Source: a virus. Taken from it: a stretch of DNA of 50,263 bases. Below the pieces are notes generated by a model. That model ran no database searches. It worked only from the letters and a program-made list of their open reading frames with translations, and was not told where the DNA came from. The position numbers were made by a program, and so were the translations under genes. The stretch spans positions 1-50,263 of the IMG/VR virus record IMGVR_UViG_3300029142_000003, one strand, 5' to 3'. Positions 1-9,206 of the stretch are shown here, piece by piece. Positions within the stretch are counted from its first letter, which is position 1. Each line of letters starts with the position of its first letter.

Positions 1-99
1 CAGCGGCTTCTGGTGTGGTATTTGTTACAGCGGTACCACCATCATCAAGAATATAGTATAGATTTACATCCACTGTCCCAGACAGGGACTCAATCGAAA
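1..99. repeat. terminal overlap, copy 1 (identical to 50165..50263); genome unit 50164 bp
   Basis: Read side by side, all 99 nt match exactly. The overlap lies inside an ORF. Confidence 0.95.
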
Positions 100-352
100 T
101 ACCTGCATCTGCATTTACAGGTAACTCGAATATATGTGTGAAATGCTCGTTTGCACCAAGCTCGACACTAATAGCCTTAGTAGTGTCCTGAGCATCAGTA
201 CCAATTGTGATATTGAAGCTAGCAGCAGAGGCTGAGCCAGCACTCTCTCTAGCATTGACCCCTACAAGGGACAGACCTTTCAGTGCCCCCACAGCGGCGT
301 TGATGTCTTCAGTGACACCAGTCACCGAGAGGACACTGACACGGTATGCCAT
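1..352 (-). CDS. small virion-module protein, 5' part of a 142-aa ORF that wraps the contig junction
   Basis: ATG at 352..350 directly follows the upstream stop, with GGAG 7 nt upstream. It is open to position 1, and the frame continues through the overlap to TAG at 50088..50090. Paralogous to 45407..45724. Confidence 0.7.
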   Translation of the reverse strand, partial: MAYRVSVLSVTGVTEDINAAVGALKGLSLVGVNARESAGSASAASFNITIGTDAQDTTKAISVELGANEHFTHIFELPVNADAGISIESLSGTVDVNLYYILDDGGTAVTNTTPEAA

Positions 353-670
353 CTATTTCTCCAGGGTTTTCTTCATCCGTGGTTTCTTTTTGACGGTGCT
401 TGTGATCTCTTCAATCCTAGCAGCGGCAGCATCGTCCAATGCCCGCGCTTCGTCAAACTCGGAGAAGTCACCACTCTCAGGGATGTTGGAATGGACTTCC
501 TCACTGACAACTTCATAAATGTTCTCAGGAATCTGTTTAACATATTCTTCAGAGAGCTCATGCTCTTCGCCTACTCGGAAGCGCCTGCCACTAGTGTGGT
601 AGATGTCGGAGTACTTATTCTTATCGACATCGCTGGGTCCGAAGTATTTACGTTTAAATCGAATTCTCAT
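353..670 (-). CDS. hypothetical protein (105 aa), head/tail module
   Basis: ORF tightly packed in the late operon. Its start overlaps the upstream stop. Confidence 0.55.
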   Translation of the reverse strand: MRIRFKRKYFGPSDVDKNKYSDIYHTSGRRFRVGEEHELSEEYVKQIPENIYEVVSEEVHSNIPESGDFSEFDEARALDDAAAARIEEITSTVKKKPRMKKTLEK

Positions 671-882
671 TAGTCGCTATTTCCTTCTGAGCCCTTTTTC
701 TTCTTCTTTTCGGCGTCCATTATTTTCTTTCTGACAGCCTCAATCAAGTTGCCAGCTGAGCCGGGGACAGGGACTGGGACCCCTTTCAGAATATCCAGAA
801 TCTTTTTCTGGGTCTCACCTTGCTTCTCTTTTGAAGGCATTTCATTCTCCATAGGAGAGGGAGGAGCCGAAGCCCCTCCCAT
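670..882 (-). CDS. hypothetical protein (70 aa), lysine-rich C-terminus
   Basis: ORF in operon context just downstream of the decoration-like gene. Confidence 0.45.
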   Translation of the reverse strand: MGGASAPPSPMENEMPSKEKQGETQKKILDILKGVPVPVPGSAGNLIEAVRKKIMDAEKKKKKGSEGNSD

Positions 883-888
883 AACCTA

Positions 889-1359
889 TTAGTTAGTTGC
901 GTCAGGAACCGCTTTCCATCCATACGGATCGAGCGAGAGCCAGCAACTGACATTACCAGCAGTCGTGGTAGTCGTGCCGATAATGGCCTGAATACCTAGG
1001 AACTGCTCATACTGTTCACCCTCAACCGGGAGAGTGATGTGCCAGGGAACCTGACCAGCCTTCAGTTCGGCGTCATTGGCGTCAGTACCGTCAGTGACGT
1101 ACTGAGGGCTAATGGCATGAACCGAGGCCGCAGTCGTGGAAATAGACGCACTGTCATCCGACACTAGGCGGAACTGGATAGTACCAGCCGCACCGCCAGT
1201 GATGATCTCGGTGTCAACGGTCATAATCAGATAGACCGGCTGACCTTGACCCAGATCACGAACGACAGAACTGTCGATCTGATTGCCCACGTTGATAGTC
1301 GCAGCGGCGTTAGCTACGCTAACAGCATCAGCGAATTCAGTGCGTGAATCGATAATCAT
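889..1359 (-). CDS. capsid decoration/cement-like protein (BPP-1 Bbp16-like pattern)
   Basis: Sits immediately downstream of the major capsid gene. N-terminal pattern FADAV..VGNQIDSSVVRDLGQGQPVYL resembles jelly-roll capsid accessory proteins. Assignment is from memory of the family. Confidence 0.45.
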   Translation of the reverse strand: MIIDSRTEFADAVSVANAAATINVGNQIDSSVVRDLGQGQPVYLIMTVDTEIITGGAAGTIQFRLVSDDSASISTTAASVHAISPQYVTDGTDANDAELKAGQVPWHITLPVEGEQYEQFLGIQAIIGTTTTTAGNVSCWLSLDPYGWKAVPDATN

Positions 1360-1381
1360 AGTTTACTTCTCCTCTGAGCTA

Positions 1382-2398
1382 TTAGCTAACCACCGTCTCG
1401 GTCGAGGCAAGCGCGTCCACCCGACGGATGGGAACACCGTGGTACATCTCAGTCATGATGCCACCAACCTGCTCAACCTGCAACGTGGAGTTCTGCACCT
1501 TGGCAGATACCTGCCTGCGCAGACCATTCAACATCGCTCGGCTCATATAGAAGACCGGACGACCGAAGTTCAGGTTCGGAACCTGGGTCATCGCCTGGAA
1601 CATCAGGTCCGGAAGGTCCGGGCCAGCCGAGAACGCACCAGCCGTATAGGTGGCACTAATCGCAGCAACATCGATATTCGCAATACGAACCACATAGCGC
1701 CAGTCGCGAACCGTCAGGCCAGCATCCCAGCGATAGTGAGTCCGATAGGCTTCCATACGGCCAGTATTAGAGCCGTCAGAAGCGTCTTCAATAGTCACCT
1801 GCCCCTTATCCGTAACTTGGAGACCGGCAGTAGAGCCCTTCGGAACAATACCATGCACCGTATTCGGACCCCACACAACTAGCCAGATAGACTGGTAGTC
1901 GGAGTCTCCGCCAGCGTTGATAATGTTCTCAGCGTTGTTCGCCGAAAGGTCGTTAAAGCGCGGAGACAGACCAGTGAAAGCCTCAGGCTCCGTACCTTCA
2001 TTACCGTAGAACAGCGTGTCCGCGATCTCCTGGTTCATGCCTTCAATGTGGGCACGATCCTCCTGGAGACGGAAAGCTGCGGTATTGCCGTTCAGGTCTG
2101 CCAGGGCCTTATCGACCTCAGCATACGCTTCCAGCATACCAGTGTTATCCGTGACCTGCACGTTCTCGGCTTTGTTCGGCTGGACACCGCCATACAACTT
2201 ACGCCACGTCGGCGCAGGAATACCTGCACGCAGGGTCGTACGATGACCAGTCGCGAGATTGCCCTCAATCCATGACATATCAGCCAGGATTTCGTTAGTC
2301 TCGTTCAAGATTTCTACAACGGTAGCAATCTTGTTATCCGGGTCCGTGACCTTAGCAAGGTCGAGCAGAGTCGGATTTTTGACACTCAAAGCTGCCAT
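1382..2398 (-). CDS. major capsid protein (HK97-fold type)
   Basis: 338 aa in the position after the scaffold gene. Motifs LLDLAKVTDPDNKIA..ILNETNEIL.DM.WIEGNL..GHRTT.R.G.P..TWRKLY.GV and LFYGNEG are typical of this podovirus capsid family. Confidence 0.8.
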   Translation of the reverse strand: MAALSVKNPTLLDLAKVTDPDNKIATVVEILNETNEILADMSWIEGNLATGHRTTLRAGIPAPTWRKLYGGVQPNKAENVQVTDNTGMLEAYAEVDKALADLNGNTAAFRLQEDRAHIEGMNQEIADTLFYGNEGTEPEAFTGLSPRFNDLSANNAENIINAGGDSDYQSIWLVVWGPNTVHGIVPKGSTAGLQVTDKGQVTIEDASDGSNTGRMEAYRTHYRWDAGLTVRDWRYVVRIANIDVAAISATYTAGAFSAGPDLPDLMFQAMTQVPNLNFGRPVFYMSRAMLNGLRRQVSAKVQNSTLQVEQVGGIMTEMYHGVPIRRVDALASTETVVS

Positions 2399-2410
2399 GA
2401 CTTATGCTCC

Positions 2411-3094
2411 TTAATTTTGATCAGGAAACAGGACTTTCGCAGGATCGGGCTGCGTACCTGCTGCCCCACCAACTGCAAAGTTGTCCTCGCTCATTGCTTT
2501 ACCAACATTGTAAAGCAGCCTAATAAACGCAGGATGGTTGCCAATCCCATAGCTGTCAGCAAGTTCAGATAGCTCATTGTCACCGAAATGGTTCAGAGCC
2601 CGTTTAGCAGTGGCTACGTTCTCTTTGAACTTAGCACCACCGAACTCTGGATCAGTCTCGGCTGCCTTACGCCATTCTGCTTGCGTGTCAGCCCAAAAGT
2701 CGGCCTGAGCTTGGGCTGTTTCTTTGACAGCCTCCGAGTAGAGATCAACAAGTTTCTGAGCGCCTTCTTGGTCCAGCTCTAGAGATTTGGCAACCTCGCC
2801 GAACTTCTCTGCTCGTTCCTTGTCAAACTCCATCCCTTCCGGGATTTTAAACTCTTCATACTCTTCAGGAGCACCGTCAGACTTTTCATCGTCAGCTTTG
2901 CTGTCCGCTTCCTTAGTCTCTTCGGTACCTTGGCCTTCCTCCTCTCCGGAGGCTTTACCCTCTTCAGTGACCTCTTCTGTGGTCTCTTCAGTGGGCGTGG
3001 TCGTTTCTTCTTCCTTGGTCTCTACCACTTCCTCAGTGGCTTCACCAATAATCGTCGTCTCTTCAGTTACGACGGTTGCATCACCATCAGGCAT
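2411..3094 (-). CDS. scaffolding protein
   Basis: 227 aa with a highly acidic, low-complexity N-terminus and a helical C-terminus. Lies between portal and capsid genes. Confidence 0.65.
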   Translation of the reverse strand: MPDGDATVVTEETTIIGEATEEVVETKEEETTTPTEETTEEVTEEGKASGEEEGQGTEETKEADSKADDEKSDGAPEEYEEFKIPEGMEFDKERAEKFGEVAKSLELDQEGAQKLVDLYSEAVKETAQAQADFWADTQAEWRKAAETDPEFGGAKFKENVATAKRALNHFGDNELSELADSYGIGNHPAFIRLLYNVGKAMSEDNFAVGGAAGTQPDPAKVLFPDQN

Positions 3095-3422
3095 TGTTTT
3101 CCTCTAATTCTGCTTGCCTATGTACTGCTTCGCTGGTCATCATCTCAAACATCTTAGTTCCATGAGATGGCCCTAGCTCTTCAAACATGAGGCGGATTTC
3201 AAGTCCGACTTTACGCTTACCTTCGTTGAAGAACGTATCTTCAGGGTTTCCGGTATAGCTTTGTTTAAATACACCACAGAGCTCCAGAATTCTCCAGATG
3301 ACTGCTCTGCCTTCTCGGGTGTCAAGTACGTGTCGGAATTCCTCGATGCTCTGTTCGTGATCGAGCTCGAATTTCCGCTTCTTTTTCCTAACAACCTGAG
3401 GGTCGCTAGTGTCGTAACTCAT
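3087..3422 (-). CDS. conserved head-module protein (111 aa)
   Basis: Overlaps the portal stop. The segment GRAVIWRILELCGV...FNEGKRKVGLEI resembles small proteins found next to portals in BPP-1-like phages. Confidence 0.5.
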   Translation of the reverse strand: MSYDTSDPQVVRKKKRKFELDHEQSIEEFRHVLDTREGRAVIWRILELCGVFKQSYTGNPEDTFFNEGKRKVGLEIRLMFEELGPSHGTKMFEMMTSEAVHRQAELEENNA

Positions 3423-5116
3423 TAGTTGTTGTTACCTTGTATTGTGTCTGCTACTTGCGAGACAATGTTGTTCTCATCCAGATTGACACTACCAGCGTCC
3501 TTCACAGCCCCAGCAGCCATCTCAGCTGCTTGTAGGGCTTGCTGTTGTGCCAGCTGTTGCTGACGTTGTTCCCGAATACCAGCGACAGTGTCGTCATCAT
3601 TGACCACAGTCGGAATAGCACCAGTGAGCTGGGCATATTCGTCAATGGCCTGATCGACGTTAAACTTATCTGGAGCATCCGGCCAAATCTCAGCAAGGCT
3701 AGATACAAACGCTGCTGTACGTTCAATCCCACCAGTGGCCACAGCACGCTGCGCCTGAGCCAGAGCTGACACATATCTGATCTTCAGCTCTTGTCCCTCC
3801 AACTCAGGGGGAGACTCAGGGAGAATGTTGGCTCTGGCTGCTTGATTGAATGTACGATCAATCACTTGGCTCAGGAACTCATTCTGTAGACGCTCTAGGA
3901 CAGGCCCAAGCTGCAACAGGCGTTCCTGGTTACGCTGGCTAAGCTCCAACTCATTACGAGGCTGGATGCCCTCCATGTTACTAATAGCTAGGAACAAGTC
4001 TACGAAGAAGGCCGTATCAATACGGTTCTCCACAGCAGCCATATCCTCACGGAGCTCAGTTAGCCGAGGATCAACTTGATAGATTGGTTCAAGTCCACGT
4101 TGATCGCCTCCGTCGTATATCGTGAGCCCACCCGCAAGCGATTGTACTGGGACGTTTCTAACACTAGCCGGTCCATGGAGAGGCGGCGATACCATCTTAT
4201 CAATCGCCTGAGCTTTCCGTCGTTCTTCAATTTGCAGTCCCTTAATGTCCCCCAGGGCTGTCATGCCAGGGCAGTCAGTACCATAGATGTCCTCAGCTGT
4301 GACAGACCACCTCGGGCAGAACACTGGGAATTCATCGAAGCCACCTTTGCTGAGGAACTTGCTCTTGGTAGCGTCTCCGTCTTCCCCAGGCTCCCAATAT
4401 CGGGACCTGAACTGCTTGAATTCTTTGTCCAGCTTAGTGGGATCAAAGTTGGGGTTGGGCTCAATCAACTGATTGACAGGTACCCAGTTGTGGTAGTTGC
4501 CCTTATCCCATTGGTCTTTCACATGGGCACTGACATTCTCCAGACCAAACTGCTCAACCATCTGGGAGATAGTCAGTTCAATCTCTCTAGCAAACCTATT
4601 GACCCTGAACTTGTCATCTTGGCCAATGAAGTAGGAGCCAGCTGTGTGAGTGTAGAATCTAGCTACGTCCTCAAAATCATCTACCTGGGACATAGCCCCG
4701 GTACCAAACAAGATCAACTCCCCGAACATAACAGGGGTCATGTTGTAGAAGTTGGACGAATTGAAGATGGACTGAAGCAACAGCTGCACCTGATGCAGAT
4801 ACACTTTCACCCCAGCGCTTTCCATAAGGCCGGGGTCTTCCGTCTCAATCGTGAACCACGGTCGGGAAGGACTGGCGACACCAGAGAACAACCCAGCCTG
4901 AGCTGTACGGTGTGCCTGGGTCGCCTTTGAATTGATAATACTGGAATGTCTGCGATCACCTTTGTTACGATCAGAGACAAACCAGCGACCCCTACGGGGC
5001 TGGACGAATTCAGCCAAGTCTCGATAGTGGGCAATGAAGCTTTGGCGTTCTTGCTTCATAGCAGCTATCTGCTTGTTGAAGAAGTCCTTCGAATTGATAT
5101 CAGTAGGATCAGCCAT
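3422..5116 (-). CDS. portal (head-to-tail connector) protein, podovirus type
   Basis: 564 aa downstream of terminase. N-terminal pattern ...QERQSFIAHYRDLAEFVQPRRGRWF...NSKATQAHRTAQAGLFSG..SPSRPWF is typical of T7 gp8-like connectors. Confidence 0.85.
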   Translation of the reverse strand: MADPTDINSKDFFNKQIAAMKQERQSFIAHYRDLAEFVQPRRGRWFVSDRNKGDRRHSSIINSKATQAHRTAQAGLFSGVASPSRPWFTIETEDPGLMESAGVKVYLHQVQLLLQSIFNSSNFYNMTPVMFGELILFGTGAMSQVDDFEDVARFYTHTAGSYFIGQDDKFRVNRFAREIELTISQMVEQFGLENVSAHVKDQWDKGNYHNWVPVNQLIEPNPNFDPTKLDKEFKQFRSRYWEPGEDGDATKSKFLSKGGFDEFPVFCPRWSVTAEDIYGTDCPGMTALGDIKGLQIEERRKAQAIDKMVSPPLHGPASVRNVPVQSLAGGLTIYDGGDQRGLEPIYQVDPRLTELREDMAAVENRIDTAFFVDLFLAISNMEGIQPRNELELSQRNQERLLQLGPVLERLQNEFLSQVIDRTFNQAARANILPESPPELEGQELKIRYVSALAQAQRAVATGGIERTAAFVSSLAEIWPDAPDKFNVDQAIDEYAQLTGAIPTVVNDDDTVAGIREQRQQQLAQQQALQAAEMAAGAVKDAGSVNLDENNIVSQVADTIQGNNN

Positions 5117-5117
5117 A

Positions 5118-5378
5118 CTATTCTCCTAGCAATGACTTCGTCCCAGCTTCAGAAGGCTTCCTGATGAGCGGAGACCTAGTTCGTTGCTGAGGAGTTCTGG
5201 CAATTGCTGCCTGCTGTTGTTTACGTTCTTTAGTTTCACCAATCTTGGCCAAGTTAGTTTGGAGCCCTGTACTCCTTTGGATCAACCTCTCCGGGGAAAT
5301 AATATCCCCGAATGGGCCACCAATCTTATCAGCCAAGGCCCGCTGGGGGTTGAGAAGAGTGCTAAGGCTTCCGCACAT
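5118..5378 (-). CDS. small protein (86 aa) starting MC.. and ending TKSLLGE; paralog of 5378..5596
   Basis: TAATG coupling to the upstream gene, with AGGTGA before the ATG. Confidence 0.55.
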   Translation of the reverse strand: MCGSLSTLLNPQRALADKIGGPFGDIISPERLIQRSTGLQTNLAKIGETKERKQQQAAIARTPQQRTRSPLIRKPSEAGTKSLLGE

Positions 5379-5596
5379 TATTCACCTAACAGAGATTTAG
5401 TTGCTGTCGAAGCCCTCCGAGTTACACCTAGCGGGCTACTGAGAATTGTACCCTGACGCCCCTCAGCCAACGCAGCTTGACTACGTGTACGCCTACGAGC
5501 TTCCCTAACCTCAGGATCAACCGGAGTGGGTGGGGGAGCGGGCTCTGGCGGAAGAGGGGGTGGTGTCGGAGTCGAAGGGCTGCTTCCTATGCACAT
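5378..5596 (-). CDS. small proline-rich protein (72 aa; alternative start 5644) ending TKSLLGE
   Basis: The internal ATG at 5596 has AAGGA 8 nt upstream and gives an N-terminus MCIGSS, parallel to MCGSLS of the next gene. Confidence 0.5.
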   Translation of the reverse strand: MCIGSSPSTPTPPPLPPEPAPPPTPVDPEVREARRRTRSQAALAEGRQGTILSSPLGVTRRASTATKSLLGE

Positions 5597-5695
5597 ATTA
5601 TTTTTCCTTATCCTTAGGGCCTCTGGACTTCTTGTGCCGTACACCCTTCTTACGAAACCGTCTACGTGGTTTTGTCCGCTTAACGTATTCAGCCA

Positions 5696-7252
5696 TTACC
5701 ACTTAGCCTCTAGGGGATTGTAGTCCCAATCAACACGAGGTTGGAACCCGAGCTTATCCATAACACTGTCTGGGCTAATCTCTGAATGATAGGTGAGAGC
5801 CAACGCATCAGCTATATCAGGACTCTGAACACCACGGTCCATCATGATCTGCTTGCTCTCCAGCTGAATCTTTCCTGTATCTGTCACGTTATATTCTCGT
5901 TGAGTGAGCTGTGCCTTGAGGTCCTGGTCCAGAGGAATAGCCGTCTTGTCCAGAGCTGCCCTCATCTTGCCCCACATCTCATCGCCTTTACGGCGATACT
6001 TGGGGTCCACAGCCTTGCTGCCGAAATTGACGTCGATGATGGGATAGCCCAGGCGTGTAAGAATATCCACGGGGCCTGCTCCCAGGCCACCACCATCAAT
6101 GAAGATACCATTCGGCTTGCGACCCAGAGCCGCGAATTCCTGTATGGTTTCGATAACCTTCTCCGCCACTCCAGGTCCGTCTAATCCATTGAACCTCTTG
6201 AAGGGGAAAGAACGAGCATCGTTGCCAATCCTAGGAAAGATAATGGTATCGTTATCACCAAATCTAGCCACGTCCACTCCAATAACCAAGGGATCAGCCT
6301 CTGAGTGGATGGCTGGCCTGACCATGGCGTCTTCCACCAGATCAGTGCCAATGAACTGAACAGAGCCAGCAGAAGGAAACACCCCCCTAACCTTAACCTT
6401 GAACAAGTCTGAGTCTTCCCCCCAGTCTTGCCTCCAGTCCTCCATCAGTCGTTTATTCGTGATTTCTACGTCACGACTGTCTATTTGTCTGACGTTGTAT
6501 CTGTGTCGGTACATTCCGATACAGTTTTCGTAGAAGTACCCTGATTTCCGGGTTGGGTTTCCGAAGTCGAAAGACATCGGTTCACCGTCCGTGGCACCAC
6601 CAAACCTCGATTCCCAAATGGCATTATCAATGCCGGACGCCTCATCAAAGATATAGAAGGGCGTACTGTTTGCTGCGTGGAGTCCTTGGAATGCTTCACT
6701 GTTCTCTGCCCTCGCTGTCATTGCGTCACAACGCCATTTCTGGCTTATCGCCTTGTCTCCCCTACGATACAATGACATGCTACCGCGACTGTTGCTATAC
6801 ACCCAGAGATGGCTAGTGAGGGCGATGTGATGCCACTTTGCAAGTTCAGCCCATGTCTTAGTTCGTAGCTGATCCCCAGTATTAGCTGTAACCACGCCCA
6901 TGCTAAAAGGACGAGTGTCAAGGATGAACAGTATAAGCCATGCGACGAGGGTTGATTTACCAATACCGTGACCGCTGCTAGTAGAAAAACGTATAGGATC
7001 AACAGCGTGCCGACCATTAAAGTTCCTCTTCCTAATCTCTTTCCCTAGATCATCCAAAAACTCACATGCCCAAGCATCAGGGCCATATTCGTATTCAGGA
7101 TAGCGGGTAGCCCAAGGCTCCTTCAGCTTAACCATCTGAATCGCTGGGTCAGACTTCCAGGGGAAGTTGAACATCACGTATCCCAAAGGATCGTAGAAGA
7201 ACTCCCCCATCTTCTGAGCCAGAAGCTTCTCAACGTTAGCTTGTTCAGCCAT
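5696..7252 (-). CDS. terL: terminase large subunit
   Basis: 518 aa. Walker A-like SSGHGIGKST, Walker B-like YIFDEASGI, and a C-terminal nuclease-type region. Follows the small subunit gene. Confidence 0.9.
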   Translation of the reverse strand: MAEQANVEKLLAQKMGEFFYDPLGYVMFNFPWKSDPAIQMVKLKEPWATRYPEYEYGPDAWACEFLDDLGKEIRKRNFNGRHAVDPIRFSTSSGHGIGKSTLVAWLILFILDTRPFSMGVVTANTGDQLRTKTWAELAKWHHIALTSHLWVYSNSRGSMSLYRRGDKAISQKWRCDAMTARAENSEAFQGLHAANSTPFYIFDEASGIDNAIWESRFGGATDGEPMSFDFGNPTRKSGYFYENCIGMYRHRYNVRQIDSRDVEITNKRLMEDWRQDWGEDSDLFKVKVRGVFPSAGSVQFIGTDLVEDAMVRPAIHSEADPLVIGVDVARFGDNDTIIFPRIGNDARSFPFKRFNGLDGPGVAEKVIETIQEFAALGRKPNGIFIDGGGLGAGPVDILTRLGYPIIDVNFGSKAVDPKYRRKGDEMWGKMRAALDKTAIPLDQDLKAQLTQREYNVTDTGKIQLESKQIMMDRGVQSPDIADALALTYHSEISPDSVMDKLGFQPRVDWDYNPLEAKW

Positions 7253-7740
7253 TAGTGAACAGTTTCCTCATCAGTCTCCACAGCCGGACGACTATTCCGA
7301 ATCTCCTCAATGATCTCTTCGTCTCTGGTGACATTGATATTGACGTTATTGTCAAAGGCAGCTACATCAGCCAGCTTACCAATCGTCTCCAAAATCTTTG
7401 TGATCTGTGCATAGTTCTTGGTGAATACAGGATTCCCATCATCATCTCTGATAGGCTTCCCTGTTTTACTGGACCGCTTAGGTTCAACCTGTTGATTGAG
7501 CTCCTGATATTGATCAACCAGCTGAGCCAACACCCAGTCCTTGTCAATACCAAGTCGCTTATTCCTCTCCTTACTTAATTCCAGCAAGAACTCCTTAACT
7601 CTCTCCCGTCTCAGAATCTTCCACCCATCAGCAGGGGACTTATAGCCAGCATCCTCAGCAGCCTTACAAGCAATCCTATGCTTAATGTATTCATGGCAGA
7701 AGGCTTCTTCTAAAACAGTAAGACCACTAACCTTAGCCAT
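7252..7740 (-). CDS. terS: terminase small subunit
   Basis: 162 aa. The N-terminal pattern LT.LEEAFCHEYIK....CKAAEDAGYKS resembles the Terminase_2 family. First gene of the late arm, with ATGA-type coupling to terL. Confidence 0.75.
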   Translation of the reverse strand: MAKVSGLTVLEEAFCHEYIKHRIACKAAEDAGYKSPADGWKILRRERVKEFLLELSKERNKRLGIDKDWVLAQLVDQYQELNQQVEPKRSSKTGKPIRDDDGNPVFTKNYAQITKILETIGKLADVAAFDNNVNINVTRDEEIIEEIRNSRPAVETDEETVH

Positions 7741-8342
7741 GAAGACCTCCTTGTCTATATATATAGAGATATATACTCTACAACTTATTATGTTGGATCA
7801 TTTATCATAATAAAATGATCCACATAATCATATATTATGGAATATATCGGCTCCTTATATAGAAGCCTCTATATATATAGACCAAAAAAAGAGCCAAAAA
7901 CGGACAAAAAAAGTAATGATTTTAAAAACTTTTTTTAAGAATGGCGGATTTCTGCGGTTTTTTATTTTTACCATGAGTTAGATAAGCTTAACGAACGGAG
8001 TGAGTTTAGCGGTTCTTGCCTCCCCTAAATAATTATCGTTGTCTAGTATAGAGGAAGAGAAGAGGAGAAGGAGGAATAATTTGAATCTTTAAAATACGGA
8101 GTAGCATTTTTCAGGGTGGGGGTATGAACCAGTAGGATGGGCACGTGAACCCCCGGGGGGTGCCCCCAACTTACTCCCCTGTAGGATATTATACATTTAT
8201 TTTGTGTGAATAGGACGGGATAGAAATTTGAGAATGTGCTTGGAGGGAAGGGAGAGCTACTCACCCCCTCAAACTGCCAAGCACACATAACAACTACTAT
8301 GCACGCTTATCACCCCCATGCTCATTAGATGACTTAGAATGC
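7741..8342. promoter_or_regulatory. divergent control region between late (minus) and early (plus) arms
   Basis: No credible ORF. The first about 250 nt are AT-rich. Contains an inverted pair of 16-mers (7753..7768 and 7867..7882), a 10-bp hairpin (7794..7803/7813..7822) and A/T tracts. Confidence 0.7.
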
Positions 8343-8417
8343 TTGACCTATCCCCTTGGCTATGCCATAAGGAGGGAGATAGCGCTTGGCTATCGACCTA
8401 ACCAATGGAGATTTGAT

Positions 8418-8600
8418 ATGACGCACGAATTCACCTCTTGGGACCTACTAGCTCTTGAAGAGTTGGTATCACGGCGAAAGGCTAAGTTGCTCAAAGATCA
8501 CCCCAGTTGTAGCACTGACGTTCGTAACCCTGCTTGGGTGCTGTATCGCAACATGACAGAGTTAGAAGGTAAGTTGAACAAGCTGGATGGAGTTGAGTGA
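8418..8600 (+). CDS. hypothetical early protein (60 aa; alternative TTG start 8343)
   Basis: ATG preceded by GGAG. First ORF of the plus arm. Confidence 0.5.
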   Translation: MTHEFTSWDLLALEELVSRRKAKLLKDHPSCSTDVRNPAWVLYRNMTELEGKLNKLDGVE

Positions 8601-8743
8601 TGGCTTGGTCACGTCTTATCGTTGGGAGTTTGGTTGCCTGGGCTTTGTGCCTGGGCTTGGCCTATGGATTGTCAATTGCCACGGTGAAACAACAGGTTAT
8701 CCGTGATCTACAATCAACCCAATACAGCGAGGTACAGCGATGA
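8600..8743 (+). CDS. small membrane protein (47 aa), below the ORF-track cutoff
   Basis: ATG overlaps the upstream TGA, and its own stop overlaps the next ATG (ATGA). Hydrophobic span LIVGSLVAWALCLGLAYGLSIA. Confidence 0.5.
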   Translation: MAWSRLIVGSLVAWALCLGLAYGLSIATVKQQVIRDLQSTQYSEVQR

Positions 8744-9183
8744 CACATGCCCTTAATCAGCGAGTTTTCGAGTATAATCAAGAGGTTATCGACGTTCTGG
8801 AAAGCCAGAACAGGGCCGACACCGAGTATCACAGGGACATCCCGATGCATGAGCCTCAGCCATTGCCGGTGTATGTGGCGTGGTATCATGACCTAGTGCT
8901 GACCCCTATTCCTCACCAGTTCAAGCGAGTGAGGGTGAGGGGCCGTGGTCGTGGTCGTGGTTACACCATTCTAGAGATTGAGGATAAGACGGTGTTGCCG
9001 GACCGCAAGGCCAAGGGCATAGCGCCTAGCGATTTGGACGTGAGGGGCAGAGGACTAACCGAGGCCGAGGCCGAGGGGCTTGACTGGTCCTCCGGGTGGT
9101 CTGTTGGGGACGGTGGCGCGTCTCTGGTTGCTATCGGTGCTGGTAAGCCCTCTGAAGAGATTACAGAGGATGATTTCAGCTAG
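8740..9183 (+). CDS. hypothetical early protein (147 aa) with an RVRVRGRGRGRG tract
   Basis: ORF coupled to the upstream gene and followed by a strong terminator. Confidence 0.6.
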   Translation: MTHALNQRVFEYNQEVIDVLESQNRADTEYHRDIPMHEPQPLPVYVAWYHDLVLTPIPHQFKRVRVRGRGRGRGYTILEIEDKTVLPDRKAKGIAPSDLDVRGRGLTEAEAEGLDWSSGWSVGDGGASLVAIGAGKPSEEITEDDFS

Positions 9184-9206
9184 ATAGCCCCTAGAAGGCG
9201 TTTTAA

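Noticed and set aside
1-99. The 99-nt end duplication as genuine direct terminal repeats
   Set aside because: The repeat falls inside a continuous ORF and its length looks like an assembler k-mer. Circular closure is the simpler explanation, though read-level data are needed to be sure.
4076-4930. 284-aa plus-strand ORF inside the portal gene
   Set aside because: It is antisense to a portal ORF with strong family motifs. It is Arg/Ser/Leu-rich, has no RBS, and runs against the direction of the whole late arm. It is a shadow ORF. The same applies to 1283..1882, 5786..6184, 38285..38947, 43205..43693, 44084..44641 and 49261..49842.
8043-8288. 81-aa minus-strand ORF in the control region
   Set aside because: It has no RBS, a Ser/Pro/Phe-rich composition, and lies in regulatory DNA between the divergent arms.
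8941-8961. A short tandem repeat (ggtcgt units) as a possible repeat array or CRISPR-like element
   Set aside because: There are only three 6-nt units inside a coding region, encoding the RGRGRG tract. No spacer-repeat architecture exists anywhere in the window.
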